DNA of 64,000 nt from Eledone cirrhosa (taxonomy: Eukaryota). The notes under the pieces are model-generated. The model searched no databases. It worked only from the letters and a program-made list of their open reading frames with translations, and was not told where the DNA came from. Both the position numbers and the translations under genes were made by a program. The stretch spans positions 5,828,001 through 5,892,000 of the forward strand of contig OZ024755.1 of the NCBI GenBank assembly GCA_964016885.1, given 5' to 3'. This document shows, one piece after another, positions 55,101 through 64,000 of this stretch. Position 1 is the stretch's first letter. The number at the start of each line of letters is the position of its first letter.

Positions 55101-58100
55101 TAGAGCCTGTAGCAGAGGAGACTTCCGTGTTCTTGGGCAATGGACTACATACCTACCCACTGTTATCAGAGCAGAGTTGGCTGCCTGCAAGATGGAGTGG
55201 CTGTTTCAGTGTCTCCTTCGCTGACCTCGAGGCAATGTTTTCTCCATCTTGTCGGCCAGGACCAAGTGGTGGATGACATATCAGAGAACATGATTTCTAC
55301 AAATCATACATACTTTATTACTTATAGCAAAGGTTTTGAAGTAGAATTAGATCGTCAATGAACATTTGTCTTCCAATTTTCTCTGAGAAAAAACTCACCT
55401 TGACAAGACGCGTTTCTTTCATACGTTCACCACAGATGTATACCTCCTGTGACCATGCTGTTGGCACACCTGACTGACGCAAACGTAAAACACATGGTTC
55501 TCTTTCATCATAAATCAGCGACCTGCCGTTCTTTGATGCCTCCAAGGTCGTTGATGTATAGGTAGTTCGATGTCTGTTAGTGACCACTTTCATTTCCATA
55601 GGAAAACTGAGGCGATTGGAGAACAGCAGCTGACCACGGATGATAACCTACAGAGAGAAACACAAACAAATATTTCAAATACCAACAAATATTTTATACC
55701 GTTTTATATATTATTTTGTCCTTTTACTAGTTTTAGTCATTAACCCTTTAGTGTTTACATTACTCTATATTTACTATTATATTTTCATGGTAAAGGCTTT
55801 ACTTCACATAATTATCTCACATAATATCGAATCTATGAGATTTTGATATTATTCATTTCAAGAACAATACCCTAACATAAGTATGAGAAGCCAGTTATGG
55901 CCGGTTTGAACAGAAAAAGGTGAGAGAATTCTGGCCAGATATGGCTGATTTAAAGGATTAAGCTGCAACCATGCTGGGGCATCAAAGAACTTATTTTTTT
56001 CAAATCTGGTACTTATTTTATCAACATTAAGACTCTTTCCCTACTATATCAAGCATTAAACTAATATATTTCTTCATTGTACCATGTTGTTTGATTTATT
56101 ATTTCTGTTTACGTTTTGCATATATATTTCATCAATCACATATTATCAAACTGAAACCAGTAAAAGAATAAAAGAAAGACTTTAACATTTAAACTGGCCA
56201 TATCCGGCCGGAATTCTCTCACCTCTTTCTGTTCAAACTGGCCATAACTGGCTGCTCATATTGGCGTTAAGGTATTGTTCTCAACATAAATAACATCAAG
56301 ATCTCATAGATATGATATTATGTGAGATAAAGCCTTTACAACAAAAATACAATAGTATATATAGAGTAATGTAAATGCTAAAGGGTTAAGATGAGGAGAT
56401 AAAAAACATTGTGTTTTAGACGAACCTGTTTTTGAACATTTGATAAAGCTTTCACCTTGATGATCAACTTCAAGTTACTAGAGTTGGTTGCAACAACACG
56501 TACAGTGATGCCTTCTTCATCAATGGAGAATGGATCACACCAGAACCAAGTCTCAGCATTAACACAGACATGCAGCATCTGTTGGTGAAAGAAAAGAAGA
56601 AAAAGAACAAGCGTAACTATAGTGTTCACTCTTAACATCCTATACCACATGGAACCATATTTAAAAAGACATTCTTAAATAGTACAAAACCACATTATGA
56701 CTACTATATCATATGGAAATGTATAGTCTTTACCAAAATACTGCATCATCATTCTTTCACAATCCTGTGATCTATTTCAGCATCAAGGGTACCATCTCTA
56801 CTAAGTGCATTTCCAAGAAACACAGTGTGTGCTGGGTACTTTTTGCCGTGTCTTTTACATGTCCACTTTACAGTGTGGGTTGGGTGTTTTAGGGCTGGAT
56901 TTCTATGGTTGGATGCCCTTCCTAACGCCAACCACATTTACAGTGTGAACTGGGCATTATTTTACAAAGGTTAACAAAAAAGAAAGAATGAAATCACTGA
57001 AGAAGGTTTTAAAAGTGTATTGGGTGTAAGATTTCAGTTCAATATGATTTAGAAACAGATCTCTACTTACTGGAGACGGTGTTTTCTGTGAACACCAGCT
57101 ATAACAGTACATTTCCTCAGGCTTCAAAACCAAGTTTTCTGAGGTTCCAGTCTGGAAAAAGTGGAAAACAATATACATATATAAATCTTCATTCATGAAG
57201 TCAAGTCATAATGATAAATATATATCGGGAAGGTCCTCATAATTTCGTACAAATGAAACAGTTCTAGTCCTGTAAGATTCATTTCTATATTAAAGAACGA
57301 TGTTTACACTCTACTAATGTATTGCGTCTCTTTTTTAACTGTGGCCACCCACCGATATTGCTTTGGATCTATATATATATATATATATGTTTATGTATTT
57401 GTTTTGTAAGATTCTTGATGTGAAGTTGTGTGTTGAAACAGATATTATTATATTTGGAGATTGCCATTCTGCAAATGAAAACACATGCACTATTTGCTTT
57501 TCACTTCAGCTTTATTATTAGTTAATTCATCAAGAACTCTTTCATCACACACTCTGTGTCGCCTTTTCTTTTTGTTTTTGTTCGTATTCCATTTACTCCA
57601 TGTTGGAAGGAAAGAATTAGATAAGAGATTATACAAAAATCTGAAAACTTACCTGACCAAAACATATCATACTGTAAGTATCATTACATATGATGTAATG
57701 ACTGAATACAACTTTATCACAGGAAGTTGAGAGGACTGTTGGTTTCTGAAACATTAAAAATGTCTAGTTTTAAGAATTATCACTAAAGAAAGACAAAGGT
57801 TATAGATTTACACACACACACACCTACATGTATATATGTGTTTTTATTGGCAGTATGACACTCACAAAATTTAACAACAAATATATATATATACCATCAT
57901 CATTGTTGTAAAGTCCACTTTCCCTGCAAGTGAGGGTTGGTTGAGTTTACATAGACCAAGTCAGTACTGAAGCAGGGACACTGACCTCCCAGATAGGCCA
58001 GGGATCTGTGTCTTACTTATGTACAGTCTCATGTTCCAATGTTCCACCATGTTCACGGGAGTGGTTGTTATGACTTTGACACAACTGAAGGTCCTCCCAA

Positions 58101-61100
58101 CCCTTTGTTTGGATAGTAACCAGTGATGACAACGAAGATGATATATATATATATATGTACACACACATATTCATACATATGTTTATTTATATAGTAAGGT
58201 CAATACAGCAATATTAGAGATGAGAGATAGACTAAATATTATTAATATATGGTAACACATACTATGAACTGTTTCCAGACTTCTGTGGTACAATGTAGAG
58301 TATGTACAGCTCCTTTGCCAACACGAACCATCAAGTTATCAACACTACAATCAACACTGATGAGTTGACACTGTGGAAGAGAACATTTAATGGACTAGAA
58401 ATAAATATAAAGTAGCAAAGTCATGAGAAATAAGTGGAAGAATTTGAGATAAAAACAAGGGATATTTTCTAAGTTTAGAATGATGAAAAGAAAAATGATT
58501 TCACCCGTCTGACACCAATCTGTCTGATTTTAAGACAAAAAAAAAACTTATTTTAAAGTGCATTTGTGAGTCTTATATCGTATACTAATAATTGTTTCTA
58601 CATTTGGCACAAGGCCAGCAATTACCCCAGTGCATTACTGGTACTTTATTTTATCGACCCCCATAAGGATGAAAGGCAACGTTAACCTCGACAGGATTTA
58701 AACTCAGACCGCAAAGGAACGTAACTCTATGCTGAAAAGCATGGCGTCCAACCCTCTACCGATACTGCCAGCATAAAACTCACGAATGCATTTACTAAAT
58801 CTAATAATGTCTTTCATTAGATTTAAGGTAGAAATAAGGTGGAAGAAAGTAAGACACTGTATGATAGATTATCTGACTGTACTGTGATCCACATATGAAG
58901 CCTGTACATGGTTGAATGAACTACTAGAAATAACAGCCAAATATCTCTTAAATCACACCCTTAAATAAGGAAGGTACACATTGGATGCACTAGTCCTAGA
59001 TAGTTCTAAAATGATAAGATGTTCACAACTGGAGTCCTTTTGATCAAAGGTCTGTTTGATGTGACTGACCTACCATGACATTCCCGAGGAAAAATAACCA
59101 TACTATTCATAAAATGTCTCTTAGTAAAACACCATACCACAACAGTTCTATAACTAAATCACAAAACAGATTGATAGTAAATATATTGAAGACTCACCTC
59201 CCCGTCAGGGATTATAGTTACCTCCCCTTGTAAGCTGAAAGGTTTCACAATAGTCTGCTGTGTGAGATAACGGAATTCTACGATATCCAGCTGACAGGCA
59301 CACGAGAACTGAAACATAAGGGATTATATATACTCACAGTAATATACACGGTACATGTGTACGTGTAAATGTAAGTGTGAATGTGTGTCTGTCTGTGTTT
59401 ATATATATGTGTATGTGTGTGTATGGATACACATTTCAATAATAGGTTATCATATACTAAGCACTTCATATAACAATCATCATCCATATCACATCCCATG
59501 TCTGCACCAGTATAATCTTCTCTCTTGCACTCTACATCTGGTTCCATATATATATATAACGAAGGAAGTGTGGTAAGGAACCAGGTGGACCATAACACAC
59601 CAGAGTACTCAATACTTTGGGTAGTAGAGTGGGTAATAGAAATATAGTCAAGACCCCGACGGCAGAGCTCAAGCCGTTTCAACAGCTATTTCTGGACTAA
59701 ATTAAATTTTTCATTTAGTCGAGAAATATATATATATATATGTACTATACATGCACATTTGATGATTGTAGTTCACCTGAGCACTGTACACAATAATTTT
59801 CATTATTTCATTATTATACTGTATACACTTGAATATAAGCTGGCTTGCCCCTGCCTCCTTATCTTCCTATTTTATGTTTAGAGAAATGAGCAACAATCCA
59901 AACCCTGTTTATAAGCCGAGGCAGCTAATCAACACATTGTTTAGGTGGTGTATATAAGCCGATTCCAACCCTCCCTCCATTTTGCCATCGATATTTTTTG
60001 GTCACATATTCTTCGGCTTACATTCAAGTATATACAGTGCATCTTTCAATGAGTATATACACTACATCTTTCAATGAGTATATACACTACATCTTTCAAT
60101 GAGTATATACACTACATCTTTCAATGAGTATATACAGTACATCTTTCAATGAGTATATACAGTACATCTTTCAATGAGTATATACAGTACATCTTGCAAT
60201 GAGTATATACAGTACATCTTGCAATGAGTATATACACTACATCTTTCAATGAGTATATACACTACATCTTTCAATGAGTATATACAGTACATCTTTCAAT
60301 GAGTATATGCAGTACATCTTTCAATGAGTATATACACTACATCTTTCAATGAGTATATACAGTACATCTTTCAATGAGTATATACAGTACATCTTTCAAT
60401 GAGTATATACAGTACATCTTGCAATGAGTATATACAGTACATCTTGCAATGAGTATATACACTACATCTTTCAATGAGTATATGCAGTACATCTTTCAAT
60501 GAGTATATACACTACATCTTTCAATGAGTATATACAGTACATCTTTCAATGAGTATATGCAGTACATCTTTCAATGAGTATATACACTACATCTTTCAAT
60601 GAGTATATACACTACATCTTTCAATGAGTATATACACTACATCTTTCAATGAGAATATACACTACATCTTTCAATGAGTATATACACTACATCTTTCAAT
60701 GAGTATATACAGTACATCTTTCAATGAGTATATACACTACATACTTGCAATGAGTATATACACTACATACTTGCAATGAGTATATACACTACATACTTGC
60801 AATGAGTATATACACTACATACTTGCAATGACGTTCTCGTAGTATGTCCGCCAGAGTAAGACCCCATAACAGCTGGTGATTCCAATATTAGCACACCCCA
60901 TTCTTGATCTGACGGGTCATTATCTTGGAAGGTAAATGGCTTTAGTTTGTCTGGTACACCTAGATGAAAATAAGAAAAAAGGTTCAACTTAACCCTTTAG
61001 CATTTAAACCAGCCATATCTGGCCTCTTTCTGTTCAAACTGGCTGTAACTGGCCACTCATACTGATGTTATGGTATTGCTCTCAAAATGAATAATATCAA

Positions 61101-61553
61101 AATCTCATAAATGCGATATTATGTGAGATAAAACCTTTACTGTGAAAACACAATAGTAAATATAGAGTAATGTAAATGCTAAAGGGTTAAATTAAAACCT
61201 TCTAACATGACAATAAGATATATATATATATAGAGAGAGAGAGAAAGAACCATATATTGTTTGAGAAATACATAGTATTTTCTATATATATATATATATA
61301 TATATAAAAACCACATATCATCATCATCATCATATTTAGGAAAATTACATACTTCAAGATGGGAAGAACTTTTACTACCTTGAAGTACATATTTTTCCTA
61401 AATATTGTGGTTTATATATGTACAAAATACTGTGTTTCTTAAATGATATATATGGGTCTTTCTCTCTCTCTATATATATATAAATATCTCTTAATTTGAA
61501 TTATTGATGCTCTAGACAAATGTCCATTGAGCTTTTCTACTGAGAAACGCAAG

Positions 61554-61610
<57 letters not shown>

Positions 61611-63720
61611 GGTACCTTAAGTTAGTGTATATATATATATATATATATATATATGCATAGTACTTTTTGACAAGTCGACTTACCTTCACCCAAAACATTA
61701 AAATGGTTGCTGAATTTCAGAAGCATTGTTGGCATGGTAACAAGAACTTGGACAACAGGAACAAGACTGGGGATGAAGCATGAATCTACACGCATACAGG
61801 CTGCAAGGGAAGCTGGCAGCACACAGGGGTAGCTTCCATCATAATCATCAACCCTGAGGATTAAAAAATTATTTTTTTACCTGAAGATGCGTAGTTAATA
61901 AAATATATATATTACATGGTTCGCAGTAGAATCTACACTTCTGGACCATGTTTTAGTTAAGTATTCAAACACCTAGCTTGATCATCACCATCACCATCAA
62001 CATCGTTTCTACATATGCTTTTCCATGCTTGCATGGGTTGGACGGATCCTTCTCAGCACAGCATGGCCAACTGGCCAGACTTGTCTCATGACATGGACGA
62101 CCTGTCTAACCCATGCAAGCATGGAGAATGGACGTTAAACAAAGATGATGGTGATGATGATTACTGCAAGAAAACCTTTTATGATAGGGCCTACCAGAAC
62201 AGGAATGATGGGGAACTAAACAAAAATGACAGAGATTGTAGTCAGAAAACTTACCCTGATGAAGTGGAGGAGTGTGAATGGCAGGTTGTATATCTCTGAT
62301 GGATTACAACACGCCACATTTGGGCAGCCATCAGTTCAGGACCATTGACTGCCCTTACTTCAGGCAGAGGTAAAGTACTGCTCTCATTTTCTGATAGTGT
62401 GAAGTTCTGATAGGCAAAAAATTGGTTGACCAAAGAATCCCAGTATTGCAGGGTGCAAGGGATCTAGAAGATAAGAAAAAGAAAAAAAAAAATTTCAATT
62501 TTTTACGCAACCCTATTTTGGGGAAGCCTACCCCAGTACAATGGAAATTGAAAAAAAAACAGATGCAAGGTTTCTTACCTGTGATGGTTGCTGGTCTGTA
62601 AAATTGGCCTCATCTAGAAGACTGAATGGTACAGGTGAGATGGTGACATGAGATAGGACACGACTCTGATCATAACACCATGTCATGGAACTGTTACCAT
62701 TATTATCACAATTGCAGAATAATATCTGATGCGGGCCAGGGTGCCCATCTGTTACCACTGAATAAGAACAAAAGAAAAATATAAGAATGAAATATGGGGC
62801 AGGGTTCGGAAGCTACTATAACATAAATGGGGTTCTAAATATTGAAGTAACATGGCTGAATATGGAACGAGTGAAGTTAAGAATAATTAGAAGGATTCTT
62901 CTCTTATTCTTCTTCACCCACTTATCCCTGAGAGGGTCGTGGGGACAGAGTCCTCAAACACCCCTTCCAGCAGGTCCTTACAGAAGCAACCATCTCCAAT
63001 TGATCCAGATGGATCCCGAAACAAGACCAGTTGTGCTCATTGATGTTATCCAACCATCTTGCTCGAGGTCTACCCCTGGGTCTCCTACCCGTTGGTTTTG
63101 CCTGTAAAATCTTCCCTGAGACATTCTAACCACACGCCCATCAGCAATAAGTTGACAAAGAAGTAGACATTATATATTTATAATTCAATGTGCAGGACTC
63201 AGTTTTACAACAGACTGTAAAAAAATATTGTATTGAATATATTTGAAGTTTTTGATACATTAAACTAACAAAGAATTCTTTTCGTTAGGAAGATTTCCTT
63301 TGTTTCTTCTTTTCTTTCTCTTTCTTAAAAGATATTTAATAGAATATTTAATATTTAAGAGGGGCACAATAATCCTTTATGTGCTTAGAGCCTAGAAAAG
63401 ACATAATTTAACTCTAAGTAATAATTGGAGATGGTTGCTGCTGACAGACCCTCTCAGGAATAAGTGGATAAATAAGAAGAAGACATTATATATGAGGGGC
63501 ACTATAATCTTCTATGTGTTTATGTGTTTAGAGCCTTAAAAGGAGTTAATCTGACCGTGAGGGATAAACTACAAACTGACTCACCTGGATCAATGATATA
63601 TTCAAATTTTCCAGTCCGCAAATCATCGACAGTATTCATAGTGACAAAATCCTCCTGACTAATGGAACAGGCTGTTGCTTTGGAATCTGGGTTGGAAGAG
63701 GACTGCTTCGTAAAGAGAGG
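36829..63720 (-). CDS. VPS13B: VPS13B (COH1) ortholog, 5'-partial: last 26 coding exons (VAB/SHR-BD repeat region, ATG2_C-like region, C-terminal PH-like domain)
   Basis: 26 exons, all GT-AG and phase-consistent, total 5670 nt ending in TGA at 36829-36831. Motifs recalled from human VPS13B: DDLRTGKFEY, SHYIICNDT..FGQ, LSPLFVLKSHLP, GSLEILGNPTGLVRNIGTGVADLF, GVVTKPIGGAAEFLSQTGQGILHG, C-terminal VEPHYRETFLTLFQMAKNRL. No database search was run. Confidence 0.95.
37630..38072. repeat. TA-rich minisatellite in the last VPS13B intron
   Basis: Recurrent ACCTTAACATAGTATATATACATATATATAGTATATAT. Confidence 0.9.
38098..38464 (-). CDS. VPS13B: VPS13B exon 25
   Basis: KTLQSVMPV...LLLTPELLFVYDCEEDMSLQTFALAEIEC...MSFK|GTAAAT; 367 nt. 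Confidence 0.92.
40776..41035. repeat. 49-bp minisatellite, about 5 copies
   Basis: Unit CAGTCCACACTGTAAGGTGGTTGTGTAGGAGACACGGTGAAAAGGCTCC. Confidence 0.95.
41635..41737 (-). CDS. VPS13B: VPS13B exon 24
   Basis: GILHGVGLTQLPKARL...NSSVKYL|GTAAGT; 103 nt; not in ORF track. Confidence 0.92.
42377..42547 (-). CDS. VPS13B: VPS13B exon 23
   Basis: AIAGIADQPIQ...GVGKGLVGVVTKPIGGAAEFLSQTGQ|GTAAGT; 171 nt. Confidence 0.95.
42576..42715. repeat. 27-bp minisatellite, about 5 copies, just upstream of the exon 23 acceptor
   Basis: Unit CTTCACAAGCCACAGTGAAGACACAGA. Confidence 0.9.
44710..44880 (-). CDS. VPS13B: VPS13B exon 22
   Basis: TLTSITNFASSVSRNMDRLSLD...GLGISLL|GTGAGT; 171 nt. Confidence 0.95.
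45124..45175 (-). ncRNA. Hammerhead-like fold with variant core (CAGAAGA), copy 2, in a VPS13B intron in sense orientation
   Basis: AGTTT-CAGAAGA-TCATGTAATAGGGT-GAAA-GCAGAG(ATT)CTTTGC-TT^AAACT; homologous to 2686-2734. Confidence 0.45.
45248..45424 (-). CDS. VPS13B: VPS13B exon 21
   Basis: IVVGSLEILGNPTGLVRNIGTGVADLFKLP...RNVTA|GTATGT; 177 nt. Confidence 0.95.
45760..47043 (-). CDS. VPS13B: VPS13B exon 20 (large, 1284 nt)
   Basis: Contains the 412-aa track ORF: IQIDNQLFHRAQYDFPVIL, LLSVHASLKLFIASDHSPLSF, HYASGALFRAG|GTAAGT. Confidence 0.95.
47646..47891 (-). CDS. VPS13B: VPS13B exon 19
   Basis: DAAWSFTMRM...LTYFVVEQDISPGCLISNCCSFPVTYGQ; 246 nt; GTAGGG donor. Confidence 0.9.
48017..48355 (+). 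mobile_element. RTE/BovB-like LINE 3' end with (GAT)n tail; related fragments at 51317-51417 (+), 40700-40780 (-), 56750-56820 (-)
   Basis: ELREKLGIRGISCSMQERRLRWYGHVMHMEDDRWVKKC...EGRCSRGRP*KTWAEVV...DRDEWREAV, with stops. Confidence 0.88.
48976..49192 (-). CDS. VPS13B: VPS13B exon 18
   Basis: VTLPKEIEQYNIPS...SPISSW...EPI|GTATGA; 217 nt. Confidence 0.85.
50390..50527 (-). CDS. VPS13B: VPS13B exon 17
   Basis: AYFFTVNSSIHNNIRVISVSERFSITNLSG...GK|GTAAGT; 138 nt. Confidence 0.9.
51001..51177 (-). CDS. VPS13B: VPS13B exon 16
   Basis: EYFQLGLVTS...LYTDGFVH...NKV|GTAAGC; 177 nt. Confidence 0.9.
51692..51962 (-). CDS. VPS13B: VPS13B exon 15
   Basis: YRDVVPVKE...YWPGCSTVLLDIVPSYLFTNNT...GIQ|GTATGT; 271 nt. 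Confidence 0.9.
52130..52320 (+). mobile_element. tRNA-derived SINE family A (full-length representative). Other copies at about 669-853(-), 2880-3120(+), 4877-5058(-), 9181-9390(-), 17373-17590(+), 21769-21938(-), 30803-31320(- x3), 39026-39190(-), 43791-44140(+ x2), 49425-49610(+), 52330-52505(+), 58590-58770(-), 63846-64000(-)
   Basis: A box TGGCAGTATCGG, B box GTTCAAATCC, conserved centre GCCTTTCATCCTTACGGGGTCGATAAAATAAAGTACCAG, (ATT)n tail. Target-site duplications visible: 39012-39025/39188-39201 and 44002-44019/44141-44158. Confidence 0.9.
52694..52858 (-). CDS. VPS13B: VPS13B exon 14
   Basis: ENLQKSTPAMAISTGMIEQ...KWPYIKIHD; 165 nt; GTAAGG donor. Confidence 0.88.
53420..53595 (-). 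CDS. VPS13B: VPS13B exon 13
   Basis: IILSPLFVLKSHLPQPLYIDLE...HSLTFQL|GTAAGT; 176 nt. Confidence 0.92.
53596..54690. repeat. 35-bp minisatellite, about 31 copies, filling a VPS13B intron
   Basis: Unit GTATAGAATAGTTATGGCAGTGAACACTATATAGA. Confidence 0.97.
54733..54816 (-). CDS. VPS13B: VPS13B exon 12
   Basis: IPILVKNQYIHLWCHIYSQDYGLAIQKL|GTAAGT; 84 nt. Confidence 0.88.
55399..55647 (-). CDS. VPS13B: VPS13B exon 11
   Basis: VIIRGQLLFSNRLSFPMEMKVV...RLVK|GTGAGT; 249 nt. Confidence 0.9.
56426..56578 (-). CDS. VPS13B: VPS13B exon 10
   Basis: MLHVCVNAETWFWCDPFSID...LIIKVKALSNVQKQ|GTTCGT; 153 nt. Confidence 0.9.
57071..57151 (-). CDS. VPS13B: VPS13B exon 9
   Basis: TGTSENLVLKPEEMYCYSWCSQKTPSP|GTAAGT; 81 nt. 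Confidence 0.9.
57653..57745 (-). CDS. VPS13B: VPS13B exon 8
   Basis: KPTVLSTSCDKVVFSHYIICNDTYSMICFGQ|GTAAGT; 93 nt. Confidence 0.9.
58263..58370 (-). CDS. VPS13B: VPS13B exon 7
   Basis: CQLISVDCSVDNLMVRVGKGAVHTLHCTTEVWKQFI|GTATGT; 108 nt. Confidence 0.85.
59198..59308 (-). CDS. VPS13B: VPS13B exon 6
   Basis: FSCACQLDIVEFRYLTQQTIVKPFSLQGEVTIIPDGE|GTGAGT; 111 nt. Confidence 0.88.
60028..60831. repeat. 25/26-bp minisatellite, about 32 copies, overlapping the exon 5 donor
   Basis: Unit TACATCTTTCAATGAGTATATACA(C/G); exon-proximal units TACATACTTGCAATGAGTATATACAC. Confidence 0.97.
60823..60959 (-). CDS. VPS13B: VPS13B exon 5
   Basis: VPDKLKPFTFQDNDPSDQEW...TSLQ|GTATGT; 137 nt. Confidence 0.88.
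60989..61190. mobile_element. piggyBac-type MITE family (about 200-230 bp); copies at 8926-9153, 38669-38874, 44329-44544, 45650-45743 (partial), 48609-48815, 53184-53413, 55740-55961, 56180-56389
   Basis: TTAA-CCCTTTAGCATTTA ... TAAATGCTAAAGGG-TTAA termini (TTAA target plus CCCTTT TIR); shared internal sequence; both orientations. Confidence 0.85.
61684..61853 (-). CDS. VPS13B: VPS13B exon 4
   Basis: VDDYDGSYPCVLPASLAACMRVDSCFIP; 170 nt; GTAAGT donor. Confidence 0.92.
62255..62463 (-). CDS. VPS13B: VPS13B exon 3
   Basis: IPCTLQYWDSLVNQFFAYQNFTLSE...MWRVVI; 209 nt; GTAAGT donor. Confidence 0.92.
62579..62757 (-). CDS. VPS13B: VPS13B exon 2
   Basis: VTDGHPGPHQILF...WCYDQSRVLSHVTISPVPF...SQ|GTAAGA; 179 nt. 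Confidence 0.92.
63585..63720 (-). CDS. VPS13B: VPS13B exon (window exon 1)
   Basis: AG|PLFTKQ...TVDDLRTGKFEYIIDP|GTGAGT; 136 nt. Confidence 0.9.
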
Positions 63721-64000
63721 CTAAAAAAATGAAAGAAAATTAATGACATAAAGAGAGAAAGAGATAATGAATGAGTATGTGATTGGATCAGGACCAGGTG
63801 GGGGGCCTGGGGCAGTTCAAGTTTTGCTGGGTCCCTCATATAATAACTGTTTCTACTTTTGGCACAAGGTCAGCAATTATCCCAGTACATTACTGGTACT
63901 TTACTTTATCGACACCGTAATGATGAAAGGCAAAGTTAACGTCGGCGGGATTTGAACTCAGATCATAAAGGGCCGTAACTCTACACTGCATGGCATGGCG

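Overview
Eukaryotic, AT-rich, microsatellite-saturated animal DNA. The repeat landscape (tRNA-derived SINEs with (ATT)n or (GAT)n tails, RTE LINE ends, very long (TA)n/(CA)n tracts) suggests a coleoid cephalopod, probably Octopus; this is an inference. The right half (36829-63720, minus strand) holds the last 26 coding exons of a VPS13B (Cohen syndrome/COH1) ortholog. I spliced them by hand with GT-AG boundaries and consistent phases into 5670 nt (1889 aa plus stop); the 5' part of the gene lies beyond the window. The left half has no confident host gene. It contains SINEs, RTE/L1-type LINE fragments, a decayed hAT transposase, piggyBac-type MITEs and many minisatellites. Nearly all ORFs in the supplied track are microsatellite artefacts. 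Most interesting signals: (1) several hammerhead-ribozyme-like folds in (TA)n-associated, probably Penelope-related repeats, including one with a full catalytic core 1.2 kb downstream of the VPS13B stop and a two-copy variant with a CAGAAGA core; (2) the 3' end of a probable R4/Dong-like retroelement sitting inside a (CATA)n microsatellite; (3) a cluster of long palindromes just downstream of VPS13B; (4) minisatellites that overlap VPS13B splice sites.
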